From positions 185,318,001 to 185,382,000 of the forward strand of contig OZ024741.1 in assembly GCA_964016885.1 (NCBI GenBank): a stretch of 64,000 nt of DNA. The letters are read 5' to 3'. This document shows, piece by piece, positions 30,001 to 43,414 of the stretch (its first letter is position 1; each line of letters opens with the position of its first letter). The position numbers were made by a program, and so were the translations under genes. This DNA comes from Eledone cirrhosa. Its lineage: Eukaryota. The notes under the pieces were generated by a model that was not told where the DNA came from, did no database searches, and saw only the letters and a program-made list of their open reading frames with translations.

Positions 30001-31697
30001 TTGTTGATATTGCTGTTATTGTTGCTGTTGTTGATATTGTTGTTATTGTTGCCGTTGTTGATATTGCTGTTATTTTTGCTGTTGTTGTTGATATTGCTGT
30101 TATTGTTGCTGTTGTTGATATTGCTGTTATTGTTGCTGTTTGTTGATATTGTTGTTATTGTTGCCGTTGTTGACATTGCTGTTATTTTTGCTGTTGTTGT
30201 TGATATTGCTGTTGTTGTTGCTGCTTTTTTCGATATTATGTTACTGTTGCTGTTGTTGATATTGCTGTTATTGATGCTGTTGTTGATATTGCTGTTATTG
30301 ATGCTGTTGTTGTTGATATTGCTGTTATTGTTGCTGTTATTGTTGATATTGATGTTATTGTTGCTGTTATTGATATTGCTGTTGTTGTTGATGTTGTTGA
30401 TATTGCTGTTATTGATGCTGTTGTTGATATTGCTATTATTGTTGCTGATGTTGATATTGCTGTTATTGTTGCTGTTGTTGATATTGCTGTTACTGTTACT
30501 TTTGTGGATATTGATGTTATTGATGCTGTTGTTGTTGATATTGCTGTTATTGTTGCAGTTGTTGTTGATATTGCTGTTATTGTTGCTGTTGTTGATATTA
30601 CTGTTATTGTTGCTGTGGTTGATATTGCTGCTATTGTTGCTGTTTTTGATATTGCTGTTATTGTTGCTGTTGTTGGTATTGCTGTTATTGTTGCTGTTGT
30701 TGGTATTGCTGTTATTGTTGCTGTTGTTGATATTGCTGTTATTGTTGCTGTTGTTGGTATTGCTGTTATTGTTGCTGTTGTTGTTGATATTGCTGTTATT
30801 GTTGCTGTCGTTGATATTGCTGTTATCGATGATGTTGTTCATATTGCTGTTATTGTTGCTGTTGTTGATACTGCTGTTATTGTTTCTGTTGTTGTTGATA
30901 TTGCTGTTCTTATTGCTGTTGTTAATATTGCTGTTAGTATTGCTGTTATTGTTGCTGTAGTTGATATTGCTGTTATTGTTGCTGTTATTGTTGATATTGC
31001 TGTTATTGTTGCTGTTGTTGATATTGCTGTTATCGATGATGTTGTTCATATTGCTGTTATTGTTGCTGTTGTTGATATTGCTGCTATTGTTGCTGTCGTT
31101 GATGATATTGCTGTTATTGTTGCTGTTGTTGATATTGCTGTTATTTTTGCTGTTGTTGATATTGCTGTTATTGTTGATGTTGGTGTTGATATTGCTGTTA
31201 TTGTTGCTGTTTTTGATATTGCTGTTATTGTTGCTGTTGTTAGTATTGCTGTTATTGTTGCTGTTGTTGATATTGCTGTTATTGTTGCTGTTGTTGATAT
31301 TGCTGTTATGGTTGCTGTTGTTGATATTGCTGTTATTTTTGCTGTTGTTGATATTGCTGTTATTGTTGATGTTGGTGTTGATATTGCTGTTATTGTTGCT
31401 GTTTTTGATATTGCTGTTATTGTTGCTGTTGTTAGTATTGCTGTTATTGTTGCTGTTGTTGATATTGATGTTATTGTTGCTGTTGTTGATATTGCTGTTA
31501 TTGTTGCTGTTGTTGATATTGCTGTTATGGTTGCTGTTGTTGATATTGCTGTTATTGTTGCTGTTGTTGATATTGTTGTTATTGTTGCCGTTGTTGTTGA
31601 TATTGCTGTTAGTGTTGTTGTTGTTGATATTATTCTTATTGTTGCTGTTGTTGATATTGCTGTTATTGTTGCTGTTGTTTTTGATATTGCTGTTTTA
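6055..31697. repeat. ~25.6-kb satellite, 27-bp (variant 30-bp) monomer GATATTGCTGTTATTGTTGCTGTTGTT
   Basis: Continuous tandem monomer with 3-bp sub-periodicity. Translates as DIAVIVAVV / ILLLLLLLL / NNSNNNSNI / TTATITAIS. Confidence 0.97.
6265..15130. repeat. Near-identical 4413-bp tandem duplication within the satellite
   Basis: ORF pairs offset by exactly 4413 (6906/11319, 7087/11500, 9083/13496, 10606/15019). Only one difference noticed (T7733 vs A12146). Confidence 0.93.
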
Positions 31698-32745
31698 TAG
31701 CATTGCTGTTTTTACCATTGCTGTTTATACCATTGCTATTTATATCATTGCTGTTTATACCATTGTTCTTTATTCCTTTGCTGTTTATACCATTGATGTT
31801 TATACCATTGCTGTTTATACCATTGCTGTTTTATACCATTGCTGTTTATACCATTGCTGTTTTATAGCATTGCTATTTATACCATTGCTATTTATACCAT
31901 TGCTGTTTTTACCATTGCTGTTTTATACCATTGCTGTTTATAGCATTGCTGTTAGATACCATTGCTGTTTATACCATTGCTGTTTATACCATTGCTGTTT
32001 ATATCATTGCTGTTTATTCCATTGCTGTTTTATACCATTGATGTTTATACCATTGCTGTTTATACCATTGTTGTTTATTCCATTGCTGTTTATACCATTG
32101 TTGTTTATACCATTGCTGTTCATACCATTGCTGTTTTATAGCATTGCTCTTTATACCATTGCTATTTATACCATTGCTGTTTATACCATTGCTGTTTTAT
32201 ACCATTGCTGTTTATACCATTGTTGTTTTATACCATTGCTGTTTATACCATTTCGTTTCATACCATTGCTGTTTATACCATTGCTGTTTATACCATTGCT
32301 GTTTATTCCATTGCTGTTTTATACCATTGATTTTTATACCATTGCTGTTTATACCATTGCTGTTTTATACCATTGATGTTTATACCATTGCTGTTTATAC
32401 CATTTCTGTTTATACCATTTCTGTTTATACCATTGCTGTTTTATACCATTGCTGTTTATACCACTGCTGTTTATACCATTGCTGTTTATACCATTGCTGT
32501 TTTATAGCATTGCTGTTTATACCATTGCTGTTTATACTATTGCTGTTTATAACATTTCTGTTTATACCATTGCTGTTTATACCATTGCTGTTTATACAAT
32601 TGCTGTTTATACCAATGCTGTTTATACCATTGCTGTTTATATCATTGCTGTTTATACCAATGCTGTTTATACCATTGCTGTTTATATCATTGCTGTTTAT
32701 ACCATTGCTGTTTATACCATTGCTGTTTTATAGCATTGCTGTTTC
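31698..32745. repeat. 15-bp satellite TATACCATTGCTGTT
   Basis: About 70 tandem copies. Shares ATTGCTGTT with the adjacent 27-mer. Confidence 0.95.
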
Positions 32746-32812
32746 ATTTAATGTTTCTCTGTTATTTATATTGTTATTGTTACATTTGTTGTGACTCCTC
32801 TCCTTGCTCTTC

Positions 32813-32988
32813 ATAATTGTTTCTACATTTCCACAAGGCCATTACATTACTGGTACTTTATTTTATCGACCCCGTAAGGATGAAGGGCAAAGCTTACATC
32901 GGCAGGATTTGAACTCAGATCGTAAAGGGACGTAACTCTCTGCTGCAAATCATGGCGTCAGATCCTCTACCGATTCTGCCAAACCACC
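32813..32988 (-). mobile_element. tRNA-derived SINE (octopus-type)
   Basis: Minus strand A box TGGCAGAATCGG, B box GAGTTCAAATCC, body ttcatccttacggggtcgataaaataaagtaccag. Confidence 0.85.
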
Positions 32989-33085
32989 TATTGCTGTTTC
33001 AGTCCCTAGTGCTGCAATTGTCCTTGTTGTTACAGCAATACTTACAGTTGTTGCTGTAATTATTATCGTTCTTGGACCTGAGTGT

Positions 33086-33307
33086 GGTGGATTGACAGTA
33101 TCGGTAGAGCATCAGGCACCATGCTTTGCAGCATAGAGTGATGTCCCTTTACGTTCAGATTTCAGATCCCACCGGGGTTAACTTTGCCTTTCATCCTTAT
33201 GGGGTCGATAAAATAAAGTACCAGTAATGCACTGGGGTTGATTTTATCAATTTTTCTCTTCACCTTCGAATTTCTGACCTTGTGCCTAAAGTAGAAAAGT
33301 TATTATT
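33086..33307 (+). mobile_element. tRNA-derived SINE, same family, divergent orientation
   Basis: tgacagtatcggtagagca head, tttgcctttcatccttatggggtcgataaaataaagtaccag body, ccttgtgcctaaagtagaaa tail. Confidence 0.85.
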
Positions 33308-34063
33308 CTTCATCCTGATGCCGCCGCTCTGGTTGTTGCTTACCATATTTATTACTACGCCTTGTCACACTATCACGTGATCTGCAACCAATCAATAAGT
33401 ATTTTACTGGCAGCTGACTGGATCGTAATAGATTCTGCTGCCTGACTTGGCTACAGCCTCAGGTATTTTGGCAAACATCAACGTTTGTATTCATCAATTG
33501 ACTCACAAATGACAACAGAAAAGAAAATTATTTGTGTGAATGTATGTATGTGTGTGTATGCGTGTGTGTGTGAGGCAATACAAGAGAAATAATTATAAAT
33601 GTATATATGTGTGTGCGTGTATGTTTGCATATATATGTATATATATATATATATAAATATATGTGTGTGTGTGTATGTTTGCATATAGAAAGCTAGATAT
33701 ATAAGTGTGTGTGTGTTTTTGTGCATATGTATATGTACGTGTATAAGACTATGCTGTATTATATATGTGTCTAAAAAACTCAAAATATCTAACTGTGATA
33801 AGAAGGTATGTATGAACAAAAACACAGAAAGAAATAAGCAAATAAATAGATGAAAGATGTAAACATTTATAAACGAAGGCACATATAAAAAAAAATTAAT
33901 ATTATGAAGTCTCGAAAATAGATAAAGACCAGTTAGTAAAAAAGATGAACGAATTTTTTCAAAAAGTTTCGTTCTGAAAATATAGAGATATTAGTAATGT
34001 GATAAAGCTATTATTGAATTATATACAGATAAAAAAATCGGTAGCACTTATGCACATACATAC

Positions 34064-34142
<79 letters not shown>

Positions 34143-34799
34143 TATATATTATTTAGGCTGATCCAGTAGCCTCTTACTCTGGAGCTTTCACGCCGTGTTA
34201 TGGGCTCCTCTGACAAAAAAATATACAAAACAAACAAAACATATAAATAACATAAATGAGTAAGAAATACTCGCCTTCATTACCAATTGACGAGGAGAAA
34301 TAATTGGCTGCATTAGAGAAGAACACAGCGGGAATAGCTATTTGGGTACTGTGATAACACATTTATGCACACACATACATATCCCATACATATAGAAATA
34401 TCATCATACCTTCTACAACTTCTATAAATGAAAAGGATAGAAACATAGAAGGAAAGAAAAAATAAGAAAGAAAGATAAACGGATTCAAGAAGGAATGGAA
34501 GATAGAAGATCAATACCTACAACTATTAAATACATGCACGTACAGAAGGTAATACATATACAAGTAGGAATAAAAATACACATGTGCGCGCGTACACGAT
34601 ATAGAAGCTGCAAAGATGCAATGCAGTAGGATCTACTGAATACTAGGATCTACTGAACATTTAAAAGATTCCCGTCCAGATATTTCATAGGATCCAATGC
34701 AATACAATATAGTGTAATAGGAGACTTAGTAGTTTACATAAGGCATACCATATGCTAAAAATTGGCACGTGGCCAGCAATATGGGGTAAGGGAAAAATC

Positions 34800-35090
34800 G
34801 ATTGTATCATCCCAGTACTTAACTGGTAATAGATCACAACGATTTCAGAAGGAAGAAAGGGAAAGTTAAGCAAAGCAAGATTTGAAAAAAAGTATATTGA
34901 AATACGATATACAGATAATCTGTTGCAATATTGTCATATTCCCTATTGTAATCTAAGGGAAACTAAATGGACTTTTGAATATTTGGATGAATATGTTGAA
35001 TATATACGGGAATTTTCTGAATTATCCAATACTACACAATGTTTGGTTGCTCGGTAGTGCAAGAATCATGCAAAAGGTTTTGGATTCCGA
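34800..35090 (+). pseudogene. Highly decayed C-terminus of a restriction-like-endonuclease LINE (R4/NeSL-like)
   Basis: IVIFPIVI followed by LLGSARIMQKVL, resembling the terminal LLGTARILRKVL motif of RLE LINEs. Frames are broken. Confidence 0.4.
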
Positions 35091-35555
35091 AGACATTTGG
35101 CAACTAATCCATTCATTTGGAAATGTTAAGCCTTTAGATAGAAGTGTAATAAACCGGTCGAATTCAAAAGGTTTGGGAACATTTGAAATTTGAAATTTAT
35201 TGCCATAAAATAATCGAACCTTAACTGAGAACCGATGGTTCGACTCCTCGCAGGTTTCGCTGTCCACATATTACAATCTCCAGGATTTTTTCAAATGATA
35301 TTCCAATGATTGCGCAGTATATGTATATATATATATGTTGTACGAGTGTTTACAGATGGTTAGTATATGTTAAATGAGCATGCATACTTCCGACATTACA
35401 TTTCTTATATATCTCCTTGCATGTTTTGTTACTGTTCCGTGTGCACTGAAATGAATAACCGAAACTATACGGATTTCACGAAGGTGAGTGAAAAGAAGAG
35501 ACTGTCCATTCCTTCCGTTGTTCCAGACCCTTGTCTTTGGCTTGTGAATCCACAC

Positions 35556-35590
<35 letters not shown>

Positions 35591-35595
<5 letters not shown>

Positions 35596-35706
35596 AGTAA
35601 GTAAGACCCCGACGGCTGAGCTCAAGCCGTTTCGACGGCTAATTCTGTACAGAATTAGCCGTCGAAACGGCTTGAGCTCAGCCGTCGGGGTCTTACTTAC
35701 TCCTAT
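35591..35706. repeat. Perfect 116-bp palindrome containing the 3' half of an HHR
   Basis: Spacerless arms centred on 35648/35649. The right arm has gccgtc-GAAA-cggct(tgagctc)agccg-TC-gggg. The downstream tail 35739-35783 recurs inverted at 63945-63990. Confidence 0.9.
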
Positions 35707-35783
35707 TACCCACTCTACTATCCTAAGTATTGAGTACTTTGGTGCGTTATGGTCCACCTGGTTCCTTACCACTTTTCCCTCGC

Positions 35784-35816
<33 letters not shown>

Positions 35817-35818
35817 AA

Positions 35819-35859
<41 letters not shown>

Positions 35860-36138
35860 GCAAACAGAAGCACACAGATGTATATATGAGAGAGAGAGGG
35901 GGGGGGGAGACAGAAAGAAAGAAGAAATGGAGAGATAGATAGGTAGTCAGATATAAACATGCAGGCCCATAATTACACACAGATATGATTTATATACGAA
36001 GAAAATTAGCAAACAATTATTGATGGCTTCAATTTGAGGATTTGTTTACGTATCCTAAAATTATTTTCATTGAAAATTTTACATTGAATATATACATATA
36101 TGCATTCATATATATATATATATATATACATATATATA

Positions 36139-36178
<40 letters not shown>

Positions 36179-36229
36179 AATATATATTCATATATATATA
36201 TATATATATATGCACACACACACACACAT

Positions 36230-36264
<35 letters not shown>

Positions 36265-36778
36265 TTAAATATTTGTGCTTGTTAGTGTAACAATAAATAA
36301 GATAAATAACTTCCTTGTTTGCCGTTTTTTCAAACCATCTAATATCTACACCACACTTGATAGAACGGGTAAATTGACAAGTTTAGGCGTTCTGTTTATT
36401 TGATATAAACTATTCATACGGAAATATTAGTGAAAATACAATTTTTACCATTGATTGATTCTCGGTGTAATTCTTTTACGTTTTATTGTCTTGATATTTA
36501 CTTTTTTGCGGAAAACATTTTTCATGTTAATCTTTCGAAATATATTGATGATTATATTTGTTTAGTTCGATCAGTCTATGTATACATATCTAAATTTATA
36601 TCGATTTATCTATATAGTTTACACACACAAACACTCACACACACACACACATACACACGCACACACACACACGCACACACACACACACGCAAACACTAAC
36701 ACACACAAACACACATACATACACACTCTCTCTCTATCCTACAATAACTCTGCCCATATATATATATATATATATTAA

Positions 36779-36844
<66 letters not shown>

Positions 36845-37571
36845 CTATATATATATTAAATATATTATATATATAGATAGATAGATAGATAGATAGATAT
36901 ATGGGCACAAGCTGATACTCACATATATACATATATACTTTTATCCTGAAATTTTAATACTCATATATACACATGTGTGTGTTTGTGTGTGTGTGTTTGT
37001 GTGTGTGTGTTTGTGTGTGTTTGTGTGTTTGTGTGTGTGTGTTTATGTGTTTGTGTGTGTGTGTTTGTGTGTGTGTGCGTGCATGTAGGTATATATTTTA
37101 ATACATTATGTGCATATATATACATATAAGTTCATACTTCCATACATGATAATTGTATATATATTGCATATATATTTTCTACATAAATATATGTATATGC
37201 ATATTTGTCTACCTATCTATCTGTCTATCTTTGGATTTATCGATATATCTATCTATCAGTTTGTTTATCCATCAAATGAGATATTTTCTTCTCCATCTCC
37301 CGTACATTCACTGGTTTAATTCAATCGATACCGCTTTTATTCTTCAGTAATTTTAGACAAAAATATATTGATTATAGTTAAACCCTCAACGTTCATAATT
37401 CAATCATATTATTTGTGGTTGACACTCGTCTGTTTATCAAATCATAATCAGAAATATAAATCACTGGCATACTCAAACACAAGCTCTAAGACGTACAGAC
37501 ACATTGTCTAAACCTACACACATATACATTCTATTATTATATCTTTCTTTCTCTAGCTCTGTTCATTTATG

Positions 37572-37603
<32 letters not shown>

Positions 37604-37618
37604 GTAATAATAATAAAT

Positions 37619-38180
37619 TTGAAGACTAAAATCCAAGGAGGGCTCGATAAGGATAAATATATTGCTCATAACAACACAGCTTCAAATTTAGCTAAACTAC
37701 CTAGCTGTAGGAACACGCGCAATCCTGTAGTTAGTACTAACTGTAATTGTAGGAATCGGGTTGATTGCCCCCTATCCGGGAAATGCCTCTCTAGTAACAT
37801 TGTCTACAAATGTAAGGTTGAAACACCCACGTCCCGTAGGGCCTACATAGGGTTAACCGCCAATAGATTCAAGCAGCGTCTTTACATGCATACCCATACT
37901 TTTCGTTACCCTATAAGAAGGAATATGACGTCACTTTCAGCTTATATATGGAGTCTAAAAGACAACCACACCGAATATAAGTCACACTGGGAGATCCTAG
38001 CTAGGGCTAGATCATTTAACGGAAATAAAAGATATGTGACCTCTGCGCCGCTGAGGCCCTGGAAATACTCTTCGCCACAGACCACATCTTAAACAAAAAA
38101 TCTGAGGCAATTTCGGCTTGTAAACATAAATTGCACAAAACCTTCCTGTATTACAGCCCCACATTATACCCTAACGGATA
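37619..38180 (+). pseudogene. PLE GIY-YIG endonuclease fragment, frameshifted near 38030
   Basis: CNCRNRVDCPLSGKCLSSNIVYKCKV...AYIGLTANRFKQRLYMH...LSAYIWSLKD; next frame ICDLCAAEALEIL...LNKKSEAISACKHK. Confidence 0.87.
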
Positions 38181-38731
38181 GTACGATCTATACGCGGATA
38201 TTTTACGTCTTGATGTGGTAGCTAAATATATGTTATGTTTATACTTATTTGCATTGGTACATATATATTACCTGTATGTTTTGTGAAGGTATGTATACTT
38301 TCTCTTACGTATATCTGATTGTATATGTTATGGCGTATATTTTATATATTCTGGTACATATGCTTTTGGTTATGTGTATACGTGAGTTTTGCGTCTGTGT
38401 GAGTATGCGGGTTCGTACGTATGTAGGGTGTGTGTTTATGTGTACTTCGTGTTTTGGTTGATGTGCGTCTCCGAACATTTGTGTATTTACATGTAGGTAT
38501 GTGTGTGCGCTTGTTATATATGTATTTATTTATATACGTTTATTTAATTATTAGTATACACGCACACACACACACACACACATATTTATATGTGCGTGTA
38601 TTGTATACCTATGTATGCTTGTTTATGTACGTATATGGATGCGTGTATGTATTTATTTAATTTCAATTACCTCTGTATTTTATTTACTTTATTCTGAACT
38701 CTGAAGCCGAGAAACATTCGGTTTCCTTGTT

Positions 38732-39010
38732 AGAATTTTAGTCTACGACTTCAGTTATACCATTTACGTGGTTTTGTCTTTGCGTACAATTGTTCTCCAC
38801 GCTCCACATATGACGTAATATCTTCGGTTTTCCGTTCATTGCCAGAGAACGTCTCTATGAACCACCTAAGAGAATATTAGTCTACGACTTCTTTAATGCC
38901 ATAAACGTGGTTTTTTCTTTGCGTGTAATTGTTTTTCACTGCCCCAAATAATGACGTATTATATTCGTTTTTTCCCGTTCTTTGCCAGGGAACGTTTCCA
39001 CGTACCAAAG
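38732..39010 (+). repeat. Two diverged ~139-bp tandem units in the PLE 3' region
   Basis: ttagtctacgacttc...acgtggtttt...tgacgta...ttgccag.gaacgt occurs at ~38738 and ~38877. Confidence 0.8.
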
Positions 39011-39085
39011 TATCGTCTTCCTATCTTCCTCCGGTTGCAACGTTTTTTGAAATATTCACTTCTGCGTTCACAGATTGACTTTGTT

Positions 39086-39136
39086 AGTTTCAGAAGATCC
39101 CGTTAAGGGTTAAAGCAGCGATTCTTTGCTTAAACT
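39086..39136 (+). ncRNA. Degenerate HHR at the 3' end of the 37.6-39.1 kb PLE
   Basis: agttt-CAGAAGA-tccc(gttaa)gggt-TAAA-gca...tgc-TT-aaact. All three stems pair; two core substitutions. Confidence 0.5.
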
Positions 39137-39147
39137 TTAATCTGTTA

Positions 39148-39247
<100 letters not shown>

Positions 39248-39497
39248 AGTATGTATGTATACCTACATACATATATGTATACAGACGTACAGTAGCATGC
39301 ATATATATACATATATATATACATATATATACATATATGCACACAGGTACACATACATATATGCACGCATCAGTTTAGCCGACGTTTATTATAACGCAGC
39401 TTTGTTCGTTTGTTTGTCAACAAACAGAACAGCCTGAATTTATGCCATACGGTGTTAAGGCAACCACGTCACCTTTTTGTTCAACACTGACACAGGA

Positions 39498-39540
39498 ACG
39501 ATGTACTAGTTTCAAGCTTGTTAGCTATCATCAGCACCGT
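39498..39540 (-). ncRNA. Intact minimal type I HHR
   Basis: acggtg-CTGATGA-tagct(aaca)agctt-GAAA-ctag-TA-catcgt on the minus strand. Confidence 0.88.
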
Positions 39541-39778
39541 TTACCCATCTGCCAGATAGTTGAACGTTCGAAAGTATATACTTTCCTTATGAAAATTAAT
39601 GGCTGAGCAGCCTAATTTGCATATTGAGTGAGTTAAATCGGTCAGGCATACCGAAAACGATAAGTTGAAAAAAATGAAAACGAAATTTCATTTCTCACTC
39701 TTAGTATGGCACTTACTTAAATGTAAGTATGTATGTATACGTACATACATATATGTATACAGACGTACAGTAGCATGC

Positions 39779-39847
<69 letters not shown>

Positions 39848-40052
39848 TATACATATATGCACACAGGTACACATAGTAAGTGCCATACTAAGAGTGAGAA
39901 ATGAAATTTCGTTTTCATTTTTTTTCAACTTATCGTTTTCGGTATGCCTGACCGATTTAACTCACTCAATATGCAAATTAGGCTGCTCAGCCGTTAATTT
40001 TCATAAGGAAAGTATATACTTTCGAACGTTCAACTATCTGGCAGATGGGTAA

Positions 40053-40095
40053 ACGGTGCTGATAATAGCTAACAAGCTTGAAACTAGTACATCGT
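40053..40095 (+). ncRNA. Minimal type I HHR, G8A core variant
   Basis: acggtg-CTGATAA-tagctaacaagctt-GAAA-ctag-TA-catcgt. Confidence 0.8.
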
Positions 40096-40539
40096 TCCTG
40101 TGTCAGTGTTGAACAAAAAGGTGACGTGGTTGCCTTAACACCGTATGGCATAAATTCAGGCTGTTCTGTTTGTTGACAAACAAACGAACAAAGCTGCGTT
40201 ATAATAAACGTCGGCTAAACTGATGCGTGCATATATGTATGTGTACCTGTGTGCATATATGTATATATATGTATATATATATATATATATGTATATATAT
40301 GCATGCTATTGTACGTCTGTATACATATATGTATGTACGTATACATACATACTTACATTTAAGTAAGTGCCATACTAAGAGTGAGAAATGAAATTTCGTT
40401 TTCATTTTTTTTCAACTTATCGTTTTCGGTATGCCTGACCGATTTAACTCACTCAATATGCAAATTAGGCTGCTCAGCCGTTAATTTTCATAAGGAAAGT
40501 ATATACTTTCGAACGTTCAACTATCTGGCAGATGGGTAA

Positions 40540-40582
40540 ACGGTGCTGATGATAGCTAACAAGCTTGAAACTAGTACATCGT
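40540..40582 (+). ncRNA. Intact minimal type I HHR
   Basis: acggtg-CTGATGA-tagctaacaagctt-GAAA-ctag-TA-catcgt; 6-bp stem I, palindromic CTAG loop 3. Confidence 0.88.
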
Positions 40583-40890
40583 TCCTGTGTCAGTGTTGAA
40601 CAAAAAGGTGACGTGGTTGCCTTAACACCGTATGACATAAATTCAGGCTGTTCTGTTTGTTGACAAACAAACGAACAAAGCTGCGTTATAATAAACGTCG
40701 GCTAAACTGATGCGTGCATATATGTATGTGTACCTGTGTGCATATATGTATATATATATATATATGTATATATATGCATGCTACTGTACGTCTGTATACA
40801 TATATGTATGTACGTATACATACATACTTACATTTAAGTAAGTGCCATACAAAGAGTGAGAAATGAAATTTCGTTTTCATTTTTTTTCAA

Positions 40891-40931
<41 letters not shown>

Positions 40932-40950
40932 GCGTTTTAAATATGTGGAT

Positions 40951-41008
<58 letters not shown>

Positions 41009-41145
41009 GAGGGTCATGTTGCCAATAAGAAACACATGCACCAGTTGCTTTCACTTCAATTTATTATAATAATTTTTTTAATTTAGGAATTTATAAATTT
41101 CCGATTGGTTGGTTGGTTCCACAACCAGATGGTTGTTTATATATT

Positions 41146-41188
41146 GTCGAAGTTCTTTCGTCACATATTCTGTGACCTTTTCAGTGAC
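41146..41188 (-). ncRNA. Degenerate HHR-like motif
   Basis: gtca-CTGAAAA-g-gtcaca(gaata)tgtgac-GAAA-gaac-TT-cgac. Perfect 6-bp stem II, mutated core. Confidence 0.4.
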
Positions 41189-41476
41189 TGGGGATTCTTT
41201 TCTTTGTTTTGTGCCTCTCCATTGTTCTGTCCTACGCCATCTTGTTTCTGTGTGTGTGTTGTGTGCTCGGTCTGAGCATGCGCCACATCCGTGTGTCTGT
41301 GTGTGTTTATATTCGTTTATTTATTTGTTTATTTACATGTTACTGGTTGGTTGTTTGTTCTATGTGCGTGTGTGTTTTCATTTTGTCCTTAATTGTAAGT
41401 TGTGATGTTGCTGTTCCACTCATGTTTTCTATTTAATTTTGGTTGTAATTCTTTTATGTTTATTGCCTCTGTGATT

Positions 41477-41519
41477 TGTCTAAACATTGCGTCTTTTTAA
41501 AAGACGCAATGTTTAGACA
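41477..41519. repeat. 43-bp palindrome (21-bp arms)
   Basis: tgtctaaacattgcgtctttt-t-aaaagacgcaatgtttagaca. Confidence 0.9.
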
Positions 41520-42169
41520 TATCATTTCTAACTCAGAAAAAAGAGAAAAAAATAAATAAAAGGGAGAAAATATATTTTTCTCCCTAATAATCGTTTTTTC
41601 TCCCTATTTTCATATATATATATTAATTAGACAATTATCAAAGTTGTGTTCAAATCATTTAATAGCTGACAATCGTTTCTTCCAAAGTTTCGTTTGGGAT
41701 CATCGGAGCATTATCAATGTCTGTACATATAATTAACCTCCTATTCAACAGAACAATCATATAGATGCATATATATTGTGTTGTGAGCAACATTTTCGTA
41801 TTTACAGGGTGTACTGGATGCGACATATATTATACGAGAATTGTACAATAATTCAAATTAAAAGCACAGAGTGGAATACATGCAACAGATAATACAAGAG
41901 AATAGTCTAATAATTAAAGAGTCTTCGAGAAAGAAGCATTGAGAGAGGAATAGTACATTAGCAGTACATATGCAAGCGTGTAGAAAGTGCACATGCGTTA
42001 GTCATATATATGAGAAGGAAATAAGCAAAGGTATTATGCATATATAGATAAATAAATACTGTATGGTAAGCAAATATGTTAATGTATTAAAATCAATGGC
42101 GGATGTAATATGTTGATAGTGTTCGAATTTGTGTGTGTTGAGAAAAACAAAGTTACTGCATTCCTTTGC

Positions 42170-43414
42170 CTAGACTCTAAAATATACACACCCTTTCATA
42201 AACCAAACGAAAAGCTAATTTATGTGAATAGCAACTCTAACCACCCTAAATCCACATTAAACTCAATTACTAAAGGAATATTTAATGTAATCTCTAATCT
42301 ATCATATAACGAAACCATTTAAACACAATAATTCATAATACTATAGTGTGGCCTTAGCTAAATCAGGACATAGTAATGGGATTGAATTCCTACCTATAAA
42401 ATCATATAGTTACAACATTATTTCTCACAATATGGCCATGAGGACGAATAATAAAAGTACTAGCCACTATAACTCTAAGACGAAGGGTAATATCAATCTT
42501 AACTCGCACCAAAGTAAACACCATGATAATAATATAAACAGGAATACAAATACCTAAAAAAACATTACAAAAAACAAAAATAGAAGAACACCTAATACAT
42601 TCTTCAATCCCCCTTTCAATCTAAACGAATCTACCAACTTGCCTTAGGCTTTCTTCTCAATCTTGGAAAAAAAAACTTCCCATCAGGCCACAAGTACCAT
42701 AATCTTATCAATAAAAATACCATTAAAATCTCTTACTCTGCCACACCTAATATCGCATACCATATAGCTAGTAGTAATAAAAGGAAGATTAATAATTATT
42801 TCCTACTCATGAAAACACAACCAGAGGTAAACTTAGTACCTGTAAACCATAGTAGTAATAATAGTGATAATGATAATAGTATTAATGAAATCAATAACAA
42901 TAGGAATGACAACCATCATTACCCTAATGCTATCCCTAGCAACAAGAATTCTACACAACTTAGTAACTGGCAAGCAAACATCCAGAATAAATGTAACTGT
43001 AGAACTAATAGAACTTGCCCCTTAGGTAATAATTGCTTAATCAAAGACATCATCTACTCCTGCACTGTCAACGCAAACAACTCTTCTAAAACATATATTG
43101 GCTCTACTTTGACCTGCTTCAAGACGAAATACAACTCGCACCTCCACTCTTTAAAAAAAACACAATCTAGCCAACTCCACTCCTTTATCTAGCTACGTAC
43201 ACTCTCTGAAAACTAGGAATAGAAAATTTACACTTCAATGGGAAGTAGTAGGTAGAGCCACATCGTATAAACCATCGAATAAATTGTGTAATCTCTGTCT
43301 TCTAGAGACCCGTACTATAATATTTTCGAAACTAGACCTCCTAAATAGAAAGTCAGATATATATTCCTCATGCCAGCACCACTACAGACACTCATTCCAT
43401 AACTTTAAACCTAG
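42170..43414 (+). pseudogene. PLE RT C-terminal/linker plus GIY-YIG endonuclease, with stops and frameshifts
   Basis: YTPFHKPNEKLIYVNSNSNHP, ALAKSGH, FFNPPFN, INKNTIKISYSATPN, CNCRTNRTCPLGNNCLIKDIIYSC, YIGSTLTCFKTKYNSH, CNLCLLE. Confidence 0.87.

Noticed and set aside
6055-31697. CRISPR-like array
   Set aside because: Contiguous monomers without unique spacers, eukaryotic context, no cas genes.
6055-32794. Very long ORFs (up to 1728 aa; Asn-, Leu-, Val- or Thr-rich) suggesting mucin or structural proteins
   Set aside because: The monomer lacks stops in four of six frames, ORFs switch between repeat frames at indels, and there is no unique domain or splice context.
32813-33307. tRNA genes
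   Set aside because: The A/B boxes belong to SINE heads; no cloverleaf.
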